Positions 14,703-28,149 of a stretch of DNA of 64,000 bases are shown here, in pieces. Made by a program: the position numbers and the translations under genes. Each line of letters opens with the position of its first letter. Position 1 is the stretch's first letter. This DNA comes from Octopus bimaculoides (taxonomy: Eukaryota), in assembly GCF_001194135.2 (NCBI RefSeq), contig NC_068997.1, positions 17,111,044 through 17,175,043 on the forward strand. Reading direction: 5' to 3'. The notes beneath the pieces are model-generated. The model worked only from the letters and a program-made list of their open reading frames with translations. It was not told the DNA's origin and made no database searches.

Positions 14703-15299
14703 GAGGTTCAGAGCTGTACATGCACGATACAGGTAAAAACCATACGTACGCAGACAATTATACATGCAGAAACGTAAAAACACACTCGCACGCATACACA
14801 CGCACACATGCACACGTATATGCATACGCATATGCGTGTGATGTATGTATGTGAGTGAGAGGGAAATAAAATAAATTTAAATGAACAAAAGGCTGAGAAA
14901 GAAGGCAAGTTGTGATATTGATGAAATGTTGGGTGGGGCACACTTCAAATGCAACAGTGTTTCAGGATTAAGAATTGGGAACACAAAATTAGGTGTATTA
15001 ATCAATACATTGATACGTACATACACTCACAAGCAGTTTTGCTACATACTTGCATACATACATACATGCATACATACACAAATGCACACATAAATGAATA
15101 TAGGTTTATATAAGTATGCACATGTGTATAGAATGCATACTTATATATGTATATTTAGATTGCATACAACAAACATAACATATATACACACTTTTTAATC
15201 ATGAGTGTGTATATGTGTGTATGTGAATGTCTTATGTGTGTGTTTTTGTGTGGGTGTGTGTGTGTGGAAGTATGTATTTACAGATGTGTGAAGGAATGA

Positions 15300-15385
15300 G
15301 GGAATTGGAAGATTCGTTAAGGCGTCAGGCAAAAATCTGTGTAAAACTTGTTCCAAGTCTCTATGTTCTGAGTTCAAATTCTACC
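15300..15385 (+). mobile_element. Old SINE family B head
   Basis: gaattggaagattcgttaaggcgtcaggcaaaa...tgttctgagttcaaattc resembles the head at 52685 and 58155. Confidence 0.55.
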
Positions 15386-16684
15386 AACATCCAAATCTCC
15401 TTACATTGTGCTGTAAAATATTGGATCAATTTTTCTCTCTTTCGAAATCAGCCGGATTTTTGCACGTTTTCTCTGAAGCACCAAGGCTGAAATATTAGGT
15501 GGATATCACATGATAGAAAATCACGCATGGTAATTTGGCCTTATATATTTTTTACGAAAGAATTTGTCGCATCAACTAATGACGTCACACTCTTAATCTA
15601 ATGAAATTTAGCAGAGAGATAGTTTGGGAGACATATAAATGTAGGGATTAATGAATAACTGATTATAAGAACCTATAGTTATATACGTACTATATATAGC
15701 GTAAATATGTATGTGTGTGTCTTGTACCCACACACACATACACACACATAAACACACATATATACATACATACATATATACATATATATATATATACATA
15801 TATATATAGCACACAGATACCCTCCTAAATATTCACACACCAACTCTCCTACTCTTTCTTTAGCAAAACTGGTCTTCCATACTGTAGAGATTATCCATTA
15901 TGGTATTGCTTTATTCCTACAAAGCTATAGCGGGGATTTTATCGACAGTTATACGGGAAACTAACAATAGAGGCACTAGAAAGAATGATTTTATGCAAAA
16001 CTTTCCTAGATGAAATTTCATTAGTCATTAGTCCTGCAACATTGTAGGTTATCATCAAAGTGGTTACTCTGGTATCTATACGATTCTTACGTGGGTTTGG
16101 AGTATGTTCTGCAACCGGCATCATGATTTCGTAGGAAAGAATTTTACTCTTGGGGACTATGATTATAAGACAATGGTATATCTAAATAATTATGCAGCAT
16201 AGAGGATAATGAAGCATACGATCAGTGAAGCATGAGATCTGCATTGCCCCACAAAATTGTTTGTGTTCATCAATCAGACAATGCTTTGTCGATACTACTA
16301 AGAAATATATTTAACCGAGTTGATGCTTCTTCTAAGATAAAGTAAGAACTTGAAACATCAATTCAAATAGAAAATCATTATTCTTTTAAAATATTGATGT
16401 AACTAATAATGCCAAAAATGCCAAACACAGGATGCGATTAAAAGGTAATGCATTTTATAATTCATGTTATATGCAAATATATTTAGGGCACTAAATTTAG
16501 CATTATATTTTAAGAAAATTTCACCAAAACTGTCCGACGAAAGGGAACGTGAAATTGAGTAACAGTTTTTTTTAATGTTTTTGAAGCTTTATTAATAAAA
16601 CATATTACTCTACCTCTGGTATTGAGTCTTATTTTTTCCACCTTGTTTCACATTTATGTACATACTCTGTGTACATATATATAT

Positions 16685-16746
<62 letters not shown>

Positions 16747-16792
16747 GTGTATATGCGCATATGCAGACGTACATACGTAATACAAACATACA

Positions 16793-16794
<2 letters not shown>

Positions 16795-16860
<66 letters not shown>
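16795..16860. repeat. (TATC)n microsatellite
   Basis: Direct. Confidence 0.95.
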
Positions 16861-16862
16861 CT

Positions 16863-16895
<33 letters not shown>

Positions 16896-17177
16896 ACAGA
16901 GGCTATGTTTGTAATCTATGTATAAAAACAAATATATCGTTGTACATACATCAATATTTTAATGTATGTGCGCGTACTTGTGTTTACACTGATATACACA
17001 CATGCAGACACATCCTAGACAAACACACACACACATATATATAAACTTATATGTCCACATAAAAGTAATTCCAAAAAACATACTTAACTCATACACATGA
17101 ATATGTATATAAACACAATCATTCATACATAGGTGAATACATGCATGTATACACACATACATACATACATACATACA

Positions 17178-17211
<34 letters not shown>

Positions 17212-18164
17212 CATACATACATACACACATACATACACAGTCACCATGAGCCATCCTAAGCATTAGTTCTTGTACGAACAAATTACGGCAGATTTTCGTG
17301 TCCGTTTATCTAAATTGCGTCATCCTTTTCGCATTGCCCCATGGTATAAAAGAGACATCAACCGACGCTGACAAGGGAGATCTAGTCTAAAGTGACATAT
17401 ACGCCTCCTAGCGACATATATATCCATTTACTTTAGCTGCTTTGGACAGCTTATTTACAGGAGGGCTTGATTTTTCAGATTGAAAACGATTGCCATTTTG
17501 CGAAAGTAATGGAAGCTAGCGCAGAATCTTCCTGTCAAATAAATGGGGTGGGGGGTGGGGGTGAAAAAGGAGAAGAAAAGTGGATTGTGAAGAATGTATA
17601 TGTATGTGTTTGTGTGTGCACATATATATGTATCTATGTGTGCGTGTATATATATATGTGTATNNNNNNNNNNNNNNNNNNNNNNNNNNNNNNNNNNNNN
17701 NNNNNNNNNNNNNNNNNNNNNNNNNNNNNNNNNNNNNNNNNNNNNNNNNNNNNNNNNNNNNNNNNNNNNNNNNNNNNNNNNNNNNNNNNNNNNNNNNNNN
17801 NNNNNNNNNNNNNNNNNNNNNNNNNNNNNNNNNNNNNNNNNNNNNNNNNNNNNNNNNNNNNNNNNNNNNNNNNNNNNNNNNNNNNNNNNNNNNNNNNNNN
17901 NNNNNNNNNNNNNNNNNNNNNNNNNNNNNNNNNNNNNNNNNNNNNNNNNNNNNNNNNNNNNNNNNNNNNNNNNNNNNNNNNNNNNNNNNNNNNNNNNNNN
18001 NNNNNNNNNNNNNNNNNNNNNNNNNNNNNNNNNNNNNNNNNNNNNNNNNNNNNNNNNNNNNNNNNNNNNNNNNNNNNNNNNNNNNNNNNNNNNNNNNNNN
18101 NNNNNNNNNNNNNNNNNNNNNNNNNNNNNNNNNNNNNNNNNNNNNNNNNNNNNNNNNNNNNNNN

Positions 18165-18214
<50 letters not shown>

Positions 18215-18283
18215 TGAGACAGAAATAGAAAGTGTGTTGTTATAAAGAAAGAAACAGATAACTAGACTGATACAAAAATGTAG

Positions 18284-18344
18284 AGATAGATGGATAGATA
18301 GATAGAGAGAGAGATAGACAGACAGACAGATAGATAGATAGATG

Positions 18345-18399
<55 letters not shown>

Positions 18400-18408
18400 T
18401 GATAGACG

Positions 18409-18450
<42 letters not shown>
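18284..18450. repeat. (GATA)n microsatellite
   Basis: Direct. Confidence 0.95.
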
Positions 18451-18630
18451 CTGACACACAAAAAATAATGGTACACATTTCGCCTCTAGGTCTCGTCAAT
18501 GTAATATATAAGCAATGATTATTAGTTTACTCAACTATATATCTGTCTGTCTCCATTTCTTTCTTTCTTATTCGCTAACATCTCTCTTCCTGCCACTCTG
18601 CCTGTGCATAAATATATATACACACATATA

Positions 18631-18670
<40 letters not shown>

Positions 18671-19471
18671 ACAGAGACGCATACTCGTATCAATGTTATA
18701 TGCTTACGATGCTTGCATATACATATATGTTATATATATAGATATATATATAGAAGAATGTTAGTGTATGTATGTATATATACACAAACACATTGATGTC
18801 TGCATTTACTTAAACAATCTACCTATCTGTCTGTCTATTTAAAGTGATATCTGTCTCCAGCACAAAACTCACATTCACCTACGAACACAGGAATGAAAAA
18901 ATACGCACATATTCTCTTCCAATTTGTCTGCCACTTATTGTATAGTAATTGCCTTAAACTGTTGTTACGAGATAATTAACAATGTAAGGATGACGTAACT
19001 GAGGAGGTTTAGATCAAATATCAAAAATTTGGACTGAGGCAGTCACGGGACAAGAATAAAAAGATAAATGCATATATATATATATATNNNNNNNNNNNNN
19101 NNNNNNNNNNNNNNNNNNNNNNNNNNNNNNNNNNNNNNNNNNNNNNNNNNNNNNNNNNNNNNNNNNNNNNNNNNNNNNNNNNNNNNNNNNNNNNNNNNNN
19201 NNNNNNNNNNNNNNNNNNNNNNNNNNNNNNNNNNNNNNNNNNNNNNNNNNNNNNNNNNNNNNNNNNNNNNNNNNNNNNNNNNNNNNNNNNNNNNNNNNNN
19301 NNNNNNNNNNNNNNNNNNNNNNNTATATATATGCCTAAATGAATCTAAATACGTCTTAGTGCACGTACATATGTGTATAGATATATAAATGGGCGTATAA
19401 TAGAGCATATTCATATGTTTATATACGCATATATTTTATATATGTATTTACAAATATCAATCTCTTACCAG

Positions 19472-19533
<62 letters not shown>

Positions 19534-21388
19534 AGCATGCGTGCATACGTACATACATATATATATATTTACACACATATGTATATATATATGTATTATA
19601 TGTATATACGTACATGAAAATTAACTACGGGAAAACACTCAGATAAGCCGGTGGCATGCCATGCCATGTATTTGGTCAAGAAAGACTGAAATTGGTGCAA
19701 GATAAATTCTAGATTTATTGTTACTTTGTCCGCTAATACAATAGCTGCAACATTGGTTTTGCGGCAATTGTTTTGAATTTCATACGAGAATGCGTGATGC
19801 TCTCAAACATCAAACATTCGCTATAACATACTGTTAATCAAAGAGACAAAAAAAATTTTTTTAAATCGTTTCTCCTTCCTCAATAAGCGTCATCAGCACA
19901 GTTTTCGCCTTACGTTATCTACAGCGGAATCTCTGACTTTGGCACATGGTTATAGTAATTTTTCTAGCTAATGAAGAATTTCTTGGTTCTACCTAGCATG
20001 CTGTAGTTTGTCGTATGGAGTATACTATGTGCTTTCAAATATATTCCTTATTACAGTATGTTACCATTGTGACAGTGTATGGCTCATGAGTCAGTTGTTT
20101 GTTTCCTCCATATTATTAGTGTACTGTAGTGTTATATCTATTTTACAGAGAAAAAGGAATATCATGCCATTTCTGAATATAAAGCTAATGAACTATAAGT
20201 GAAATGCTTCAGATCCTATGCTTTCCGTTTTGTTTCTGCCTAAAAATGGATATAGATAAGATGTCTAAAATAAGAATCCTCATTTTTGAAACGAATTCAC
20301 AAGCCTTCTGTAGATTTGAACTCACAACTTATGAATTTGCGAAGTTCGAAAACTTATGAACACATCTAAATGTCTTCTTTGAAATTAGATGAAATCAAAA
20401 GAGTATATATTAAAAACAAAACTGAAGGAAGAAACAAAATCAAAACAAAAGACGTGGAAATCTCCAAACAACAGCAGCAAAACTATAGATACAAACTATA
20501 AGGGGAAAGCCGTAAATCAGCACAAAATAAAAATAAATTCAATTATATATATTAATATCGAACACTAATAAATATATGATAAATAAAATGAACATATACT
20601 ACTTTAAGCATACACAAAATGTTTCATTTGTGCTTCTTGTTTCATAACAGGAAAACAATCCGCCAAGACATTTTCAACAAGTTGTAAAATATTCTATTTG
20701 ACAGTTTAGTTGTCTTCAGATGATATAAAGATGTTTGTCTCCGCTGAGACTTTCACAAAACAAATCTTTTCTGTTTTTTTTTTTTATTATTTTGTTTTCA
20801 AATGTTTCATGTTATGCATTTTATACAAAAAAAGAAAACATAAGAAAAGAAAAGGGTAATAAATAACATTAAACGCATAGATTTCTCAAGACTGATGAAC
20901 CTCAATGAATGTCATGGGTACTGTTAATATTCCCCCCCCCCCATACCCTCCTCTTATTCNNNNNNNNNNACTGTTAATATTCCCCCCCCCCCATACCCTC
21001 CTCTTATTCGTCCTAATTAAGAGAACAAAAACGGACAAATATATGTATGTAATTTTCTAAAACTGACTTATTCCGACTTTGAGACGTAAATTACAAATTT
21101 TACGCTGGCTTTTCAAAACTTGTATTACACCGGAATATTGCATACCTACTACATTACAAATTGGACTTTCCATTAATTCCTTGCTTTCAGATTTCGACAT
21201 CAAATTCTCGGTTAGTTCTATAAATCACACTTATTAAGCATATAAATGAACATGTATCTGCTTGCCTTTGTGTGAGCGTGTGTGCATTTCTGTTTATCTA
21301 TCTCCTGGTCAATCAGTTACCCCCTTACTCTCCCCTCATCTCTCTCTCACATTCTGTCTGCCTGACACTCTAAATTTTTCTCTCTCTC

Positions 21389-21444
<56 letters not shown>

Positions 21445-21454
21445 NNNNNNNNNN

Positions 21455-22082
21455 ATGACCGAACTGCAGTCGTGGATCAAGAAGAGGCCGAGAAAGGGCG
21501 AATGGCACCGCGAGTGTCGCGCTGCTCTTCGGCAAGTCCAACAACCCGGGTCAACCTTGAGCGACTGCATCACAACTAACGTATTCTATAGTGGATTAGT
21601 GGAGGGAAGGTACGACGACGATCTCGTGGTGAACCTGGGCGTCGACGAGTGAATGTAGCAAGGATGGCACGTGTGAACGACGGAGCCATCTTGAGCATAA
21701 CCCTTATGAACTAGAAAAGAATCCAAGAAAAAAAGAATAAAACAAAAAGGCAAAAGAGATGCACTTACTGTTATAGTTTCTTCAATGAGAATATTGACCA
21801 AGTTTACCGTGGTCTTTTCCGTAGGCTTTTCTTTCCACGGCCAAACCTAAACTGTCCTCCCCTCTTTTTACACGAGAACATTACTGTGTGATACACGATC
21901 CCTATTGATCGGCTTTTTTTTTTTTCGATCCCTTTTGATCGGACTCCCCCTTTTTCCCTTCCTACGATCCCTTTTGATCGACACCCCCACCTTTTTTTTC
22001 TTCTTTCCCCCTCCCAAAAAGAAAAGCTCTACATTGTATTTGTCCCATCTTCGTTGAGCCCTGTGTGGCTAATAAAAGAAAT
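21455..22082 (+). mobile_element. Tx1/L1-clade LINE 3' fragment (copy B) with internal deletion
   Basis: TELQSWIKKRPRKGEWHRECRAALRQ...LVEGRYDDDLVVNLGVDE is homologous to copy A (MELQSWVKQRP...LVEGRCDDFLRETLGVEE). It jumps directly to NVARMARVNDGAILSITL* (ORF2 C-terminus), then a 3' UTR ending agccctgtgtggctaataaaagaaat. Confidence 0.85.
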
Positions 22083-22175
22083 GTATCTTAGGGTATATAT
22101 GTGTGTGTGTGTGTCTGTGTGGGTGAGTGTGTATGTTTGTATATGTGGATATATTTTTGTAAATAGGTATGTGAA

Positions 22176-22302
22176 TTAGAAAATTACTATTTTTGAATCT
22201 CACAACGAGAGACATTCAGCAACAGTACTTTGGAGTAAAGATTATTTGCCAACATAACATGGCAGTCCTGGTATAGGACGAATGTTGCTGTAATTTAGCC
22301 CC
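22176..22302 (+). repeat. Left-arm fragment of the palindromic element at 31706-31994
   Basis: High identity to 31706-31832 (ttagaaaattactattt...gaatgttgctgtaatttagcccc). Confidence 0.9.
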
Positions 22303-22429
22303 TGAGAGTGCACAATGTTCCTGAAGGTCGGCAATGGTCTTCCTCGGTCACGAGTGGACAGCCGTCATCATGTACGTATGTATGTGTGAGTCTGTGTGTA
22401 TGTGTGTGCATGTGTGTGCGTTTCTGTCT

Positions 22430-22620
22430 GTATTTGTCCACCACCACCGCTAGTGTTGGTGTGTTTACTCCCCATAACGTAGTGGTTTGTCGAAAGCAAA
22501 CCCCACAATAAGTATGAAGCCCTTATATTATGTGCTGAGGTAGATTCGTACGTCTAAAATTCTTCGGGGTGATACCCCAGCGTGGCCGCAGTCTAATGAC
22601 TGAAACAAGTAAAAAAAATA
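22430..22620 (+). mobile_element. SINE family A body/3' end
   Basis: ggtgtgtttactcccc...aataagta...ccccagcgtggccgcagtctaatgactgaaacaagtaaaa is the reverse complement of the 24523 copy type. Confidence 0.75.
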
Positions 22621-22934
22621 ACAGATAATACACGCACATACATACACACACATACACGAACTCACATATATACATATACACACGCGCACACACACACACA
22701 TACACACACATATATACATATACACACATATGTATGTAACTATAAATATGTGAGAGTCTGTATAAATATATGTGTGTGCGTGTGTGGTTTCTTTGTGTGT
22801 ATGTGTTTGTGCGTGTATGTGTGTGTGTTCGGAGGAGTGGGAGTGTACATGCATGCGGATACCAATAATAGCAGTGTGTGGTCCGTGTACAGCGATTAGT
22901 AGCTAGGTTGTTTGTTTAAAACTCTTAATGAACT

Positions 22935-23085
22935 AATTAAGAATTGGTTTAAGAAGAATTATGTAGAATCTGGCTGGAATACTTCAAGCTGTGTTTTAGA
23001 TATTAATGGCTTTTCATAGCTAATTTATGGATACAGGAATTGATTTTGGGAGTGAAACAATGTAAATGTTTATAGCGCAATTTTG
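22935..23085. repeat. Unclassified dispersed repeat, second copy at 27355-27495
   Basis: Shared tacttcaagctgtgttttagatattaatg.cttttcata...acaatgtaaatgtttatagc. Confidence 0.8.
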
Positions 23086-23523
23086 ACCTACGTTTATAAA
23101 CCGTGAATATTGCTGGTAATATGAGTCAGACGAATGCACTGTGAATTGGTGTAGTTTTACGGTTAAACCCGAGGGACTAATGTAAAGTTTAGTGTGGTGT
23201 TTGTAACTATCAAAATAATTTGATGAAATATTTCTACTCAATAAAAGAAATATTAAATTAAATTAGACGGAATTTCATCCACACGCGTATTTAAACAAAC
23301 AAACAAACAAACAAACAAACAAACAAACACACACATACAGACATTAAATGTCATACTGAATCATGTAAACACATAAATATATGGTATGTATGTATGTATG
23401 TATGCATGTATGCATGTATGCATGTATGTATGTAAGCACGCATATATCTACGTATATATATATATATATATGTATATACATACATACATACACGCACTTA
23501 TACATGCATACGTGTATATACAC

Positions 23524-23565
<42 letters not shown>

Positions 23566-23983
23566 GTATATATACATACATACATACATACATACACATA
23601 TACACACATATATATACATAGAGAAAATTACTCTCTGAAACGTGCTCAAACGTGTTTATGGTGTTTATTTATGAAAGTATATATGTACGTATCTATGTAA
23701 CAACGTACGTAATGCTTGTATGTGTGTATGTATGTACCTGTCTTTATATATATCTTTGTACATATGTGAATATGTATATATAAATATATATATGCATATA
23801 CAATCACACGCACAAATATATATGTATATATATATACATATATATATATATGTGTGTGTGTTATTGTTATTATTATTGTTATTAATATTTCAGTAATATT
23901 GNNNNNNNNNNNNNNNNNNNNNNNNNNNNNNNNNNNNNNNNNNNNNNNNNNNNNNNNNNNNNNNNNNNNNNNNNNNNNNNNNN

Positions 23984-24023
<40 letters not shown>

Positions 24024-24390
24024 CATATATATATATATGTGTGTGTGTTATTGTTATTATTATTGTTATTAATATTTCAGTAATATTGATGATTTATTCC
24101 ATAGCCACATAGTTTGAGTGGGATTTTTGCACAGGGTGTCTCCGTTCTGCTTATCTACATGTGACCCCATGCATGAAGAGGCAGAAACGGCAATCTTCTA
24201 GCAGTTGTGGGTTGAATTATTGATGTGATACGAGTAAATGCACATTACGACATGTATTGAGTCCTTTTTCTACCTAATTTGTAAATGAAAGCACACACAT
24301 GGCTGCAAACACAAACATACACACACTCAAATATTTACACACGCAAATACTCTTATGTATTTACCCTTTATCTTTTTCCCCACCTTGATA

Positions 24391-24506
24391 TTGCTTAAGT
24401 CATTAGATTGCAGCCATGTTGGGACATACATTTGAAGCGGTTTAGCCGAACAAATCGGAAGCAGGGCTTAATTTATTTTAAAGGTATCTACTTATGCTAT
24501 CGGTTC
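24391..24506 (-). mobile_element. Old SINE family A 3' fragment
   Basis: gtcattagattgcagccatgttggg...tttagccgaacaaatcg...tacttatgctatcggt; diverged relative of the adjacent younger copy. Confidence 0.65.
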
Positions 24507-24522
24507 ACTACGTTCCAGGAAT

Positions 24523-24737
24523 ACTCTTTTTACTCTTTTACTTGTTTCAATCATTTGACTGCGGCCATATTAGAGCACCGTTTTTAGTCGAGCAAATCGG
24601 CCCCAGGACTTATTCTCTGTAAGCCTAGTACTTATTCTATCGGTCTCTTTTGCGGGACCACTAAGTTACAGGGACGTAAACACACCAGCATCGGTTGTCA
24701 AGGGATGTTAGGGGGACAAACACAGACACACAAACAC

Positions 24738-24740
<3 letters not shown>
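24523..24740 (-). mobile_element. Young SINE family A body/3' end
   Basis: Begins with the reverse complement of an (AAGAGTAA)n-type tail; body matches 2480-2674; continues into (TA)n and a gap. Confidence 0.9.
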
Positions 24741-24790
<50 letters not shown>

Positions 24791-24830
24791 NNNNNNNNNN
24801 CTATGTAGCTGTGGCCAGTTGGTGCAGCAT

Positions 24831-24905
<75 letters not shown>

Positions 24906-25754
24906 GTCACATAGTCAAATGCATATATATGTAATATCAATATACAAATATCTGTACGTATGTAGGAATGTATATACATATACATATACAGAGAGAGAGA
25001 GAGAGACAGAGAGAGATAGAGAGAGAGAGAGAGCTATTCATACATATTTATACATGCTCATATATGTAAGCACACACACATATATACTATATACACACAC
25101 ATAAATATAGATACGTGCATTTTTTCATATATGTATACATTTAAAAGAAAAAAAAAACTCAGGAAAGAAAGAAAGAAAATATAGCCACCATTTCAATCCC
25201 GCAACACTCAACGCAATTTACTAAATATATGATGGAACTAATTTTCATGAATCTGCTTCGAACTTCTAAGCTAAATTTATGATATTTTTTTTTGTTGAAA
25301 CTTGAGATTCATTTGGGATTAATCATTACAATAAGGGGATATGGATTGGTGAATCCTCATATACGGATTTTCAGAGATCGAGTGAAATGTAATAAAGAAT
25401 AAAAAAAAAAAAAATAAAAAAATAAAAATCCCTAAAACAAAACAAGGCAACGTTAAAACGAAGACGCTGTAATGAGAATGAGTATAAATTGTTAGCGTAT
25501 AATCCAATTATATCTCATTGGAGAAATGTCTGGAAATCATTAAAGAAATGAAGTTTGTAGATCAGATATAAACGTAGAATATAATACACGTATAAACACA
25601 TGGATAAGAATTTGTGAATACATGAATACACACAAACGCTCATAGACATTAACTTCGTAAATGTTAATCATGTAATAAGCATTAGATATTGTAACCTGAT
25701 AACTGTTCCTTTAGGGAAACGGGAAGTATTCTGCAAAACACATTATGTTATGTA

Positions 25755-25789
<35 letters not shown>

Positions 25790-25905
25790 TTGTGTGTGTG
25801 TATGCATGTGAGTGAGTGTGTGCGTGTACGTAAAATTATGTGTAGGTATGTTTACATGAATGTCTATGTGGATGTATATGTGTATTCACACACACATATA
25901 TGTGC

Positions 25906-25946
<41 letters not shown>

Positions 25947-26480
25947 GAAATATATGTTTGTGCGCATGCACATAATTATCAACTACATCGTGCTCAACTG
26001 GGAGAGACTCGGTTAAATAAGAAACTTATATATTAATTTATTCCCATAAATGCATGTGTGCATGTGTGTAGATATACCTATTTGTGTACATATATACCAG
26101 TATATATATACATATTTGTATAAGCAAATTGGTGTGTATGAGCGTGTGAGCGTATGTTTGTGTATGTGTGTGTCTGAGTATGTATATAACTAGACCGATG
26201 AAACATTTAAAACGCATCAGCTGTGCGTATGGGCAAATGGCTACGGAAGTTTGTGGTTTATATACATCTACGTAACAATATCGGAGTAATACTGAAACAT
26301 TCGATCCATAGGTACTCTATTTTGCCAGAATTTAATTGGCTCTTATTTTGGAAATTCCTTTAAAAAATTTTCCATTTATGCTTTTGTTTTGCAAGATACC
26401 TGATGTGAAATAGTGTACTGAAACAGATGTTATTATATTTCGGGATCGCCATGTCAGTTTGCCAAAGAAACACACGCTCT

Positions 26481-26702
26481 ATATATTCGTTCTTCACTTG
26501 AGCTTTACTATTGTTCTTCGTTTCGTGTCCATTTCTGAAATCATTCGCCGCACATCCTGTGATTTCTGGACCGACTCTCCATCCCACGTCTCCTCCTGTT
26601 TTGCTTAGTCACTGAAGAGGTCACAGGATGTGTGACTAGAGATTTCAGACAAAGGACACAAAAATAAGGACAATGATAACGAATATATAAGAACGAATAT
26701 AT
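26481..26702. mobile_element. Imperfect inverted repeat (~87-bp arms), probable inverted Penelope-like termini with hammerhead relics
   Basis: atatattcgttctt/aagaacgaatatat and cacatcctgtga/tcacaggatgtg pair perfectly. Right arm has CTGAAGA-GGTCAC-AGGATGT-GTGACT. Confidence 0.65.
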
Positions 26703-27354
26703 AATGCTCGTGTTTATTTGGTAAATATAACATTTAAAATATATAATTCGAAATTCAAATAGAGAAATGCGTGTTTTTTTATGTTATACATATCTATTAT
26801 ATATATAGGTGATTCTCAAGCATAGAATGAATATTCCATCTGTATAAATTGATCAACAAAGAGCTCAGTAAAATATTAGAAATCAAGATTAGCATGATAA
26901 TATATTTTATACAAGTAGCTAAATGAAATAGAACATAAATTATCTTGTGATGGTCATTAGAAATAAGTTTCTATTATCAAATGTTTATACAGAAAAGAAA
27001 TTGTTGCTTCTAATAGTTATATCTTAACATGACAGTTGAATGACAATAAGAATCAGAAAAAAAAAGCATGTGATAAAATGCAATGTGGTGATTAATCCGT
27101 AACTATACGGAAACAGCCGGTTCACAAAAATACTCATGTACTCAATTTGCTGAAAATTATTTCACAACAATGCTTTTATTAATATGAAGTCAAAATAAGG
27201 CATATAACAATGACCTATTATAATACTTATATATATAAGCATACATCTTGAATTTAAGCATCGCATATATATATACTACATATACATATCTCTCTTTCTC
27301 TCACTCTCTCTAACCTATATATAACCTCTATATATTATGAACTAACCAAACATT

Positions 27355-27495
27355 GGCGCAAGAAGAATAATCAAGAACGTGGTCGGAGTACTTCAAGCTG
27401 TGTTTTAGATATTAATGTCTTTCATAATTAATTTATGGGATTCACCATTAATTTGGAGATTGAGACAATGTAAATGTTTATAGCACTAATTTACC
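27355..27495. repeat. Unclassified dispersed repeat, second copy of 22935-23085
   Basis: Same shared blocks as the 22935 copy. Confidence 0.8.
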
Positions 27496-27652
27496 CTATT
27501 ATGGAAAACTGACTCTCAGGAGCATTATATACATACATACATACATACATAATACATATATATAGGCAGTCAAAATGTTTTTTTGAGGAGTTCGATAAAC
27601 GAACGAAAGCGTCAATAAAAATTATCCAAAATTCTGACTACCTCCTTTTTCT

Positions 27653-27655
<3 letters not shown>

Positions 27656-27737
<82 letters not shown>
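27656..27737. repeat. (TA)n microsatellite, fully assembled
   Basis: About 40 perfect TA units. Confidence 0.95.
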
Positions 27738-27739
<2 letters not shown>

Positions 27740-27876
27740 ATATATCATATTCCATGTACGAATATGAAGTGGTCTGCTTGAAATTCAGTACAATATAAGA
27801 TTCAATAAAACCTTAAATCAATGTGTGTGTGTGTGTGTGTGTGAGAGTTAGTGAGTGAGTGAGTGTGTGTATGTTT

Positions 27877-27923
<47 letters not shown>

Positions 27924-28149
27924 CACCTAAATACACTTCAATCACCAAAACATATTGAAACAGAGAAATATATGCAACAACAAAAATAAGAATAAAATAT
28001 GGATAAGAATATAATGATGCTCCTCCCTCCTAGTACCCTATCCGATCCCTGTTAGAAAATACATTTATTTAAGTGGGACTTATCTACCTTACCTAGATTC
28101 AACTCATAAATATGTTCAAATAAATTACCAATAGTTGCAGATGCTACAC

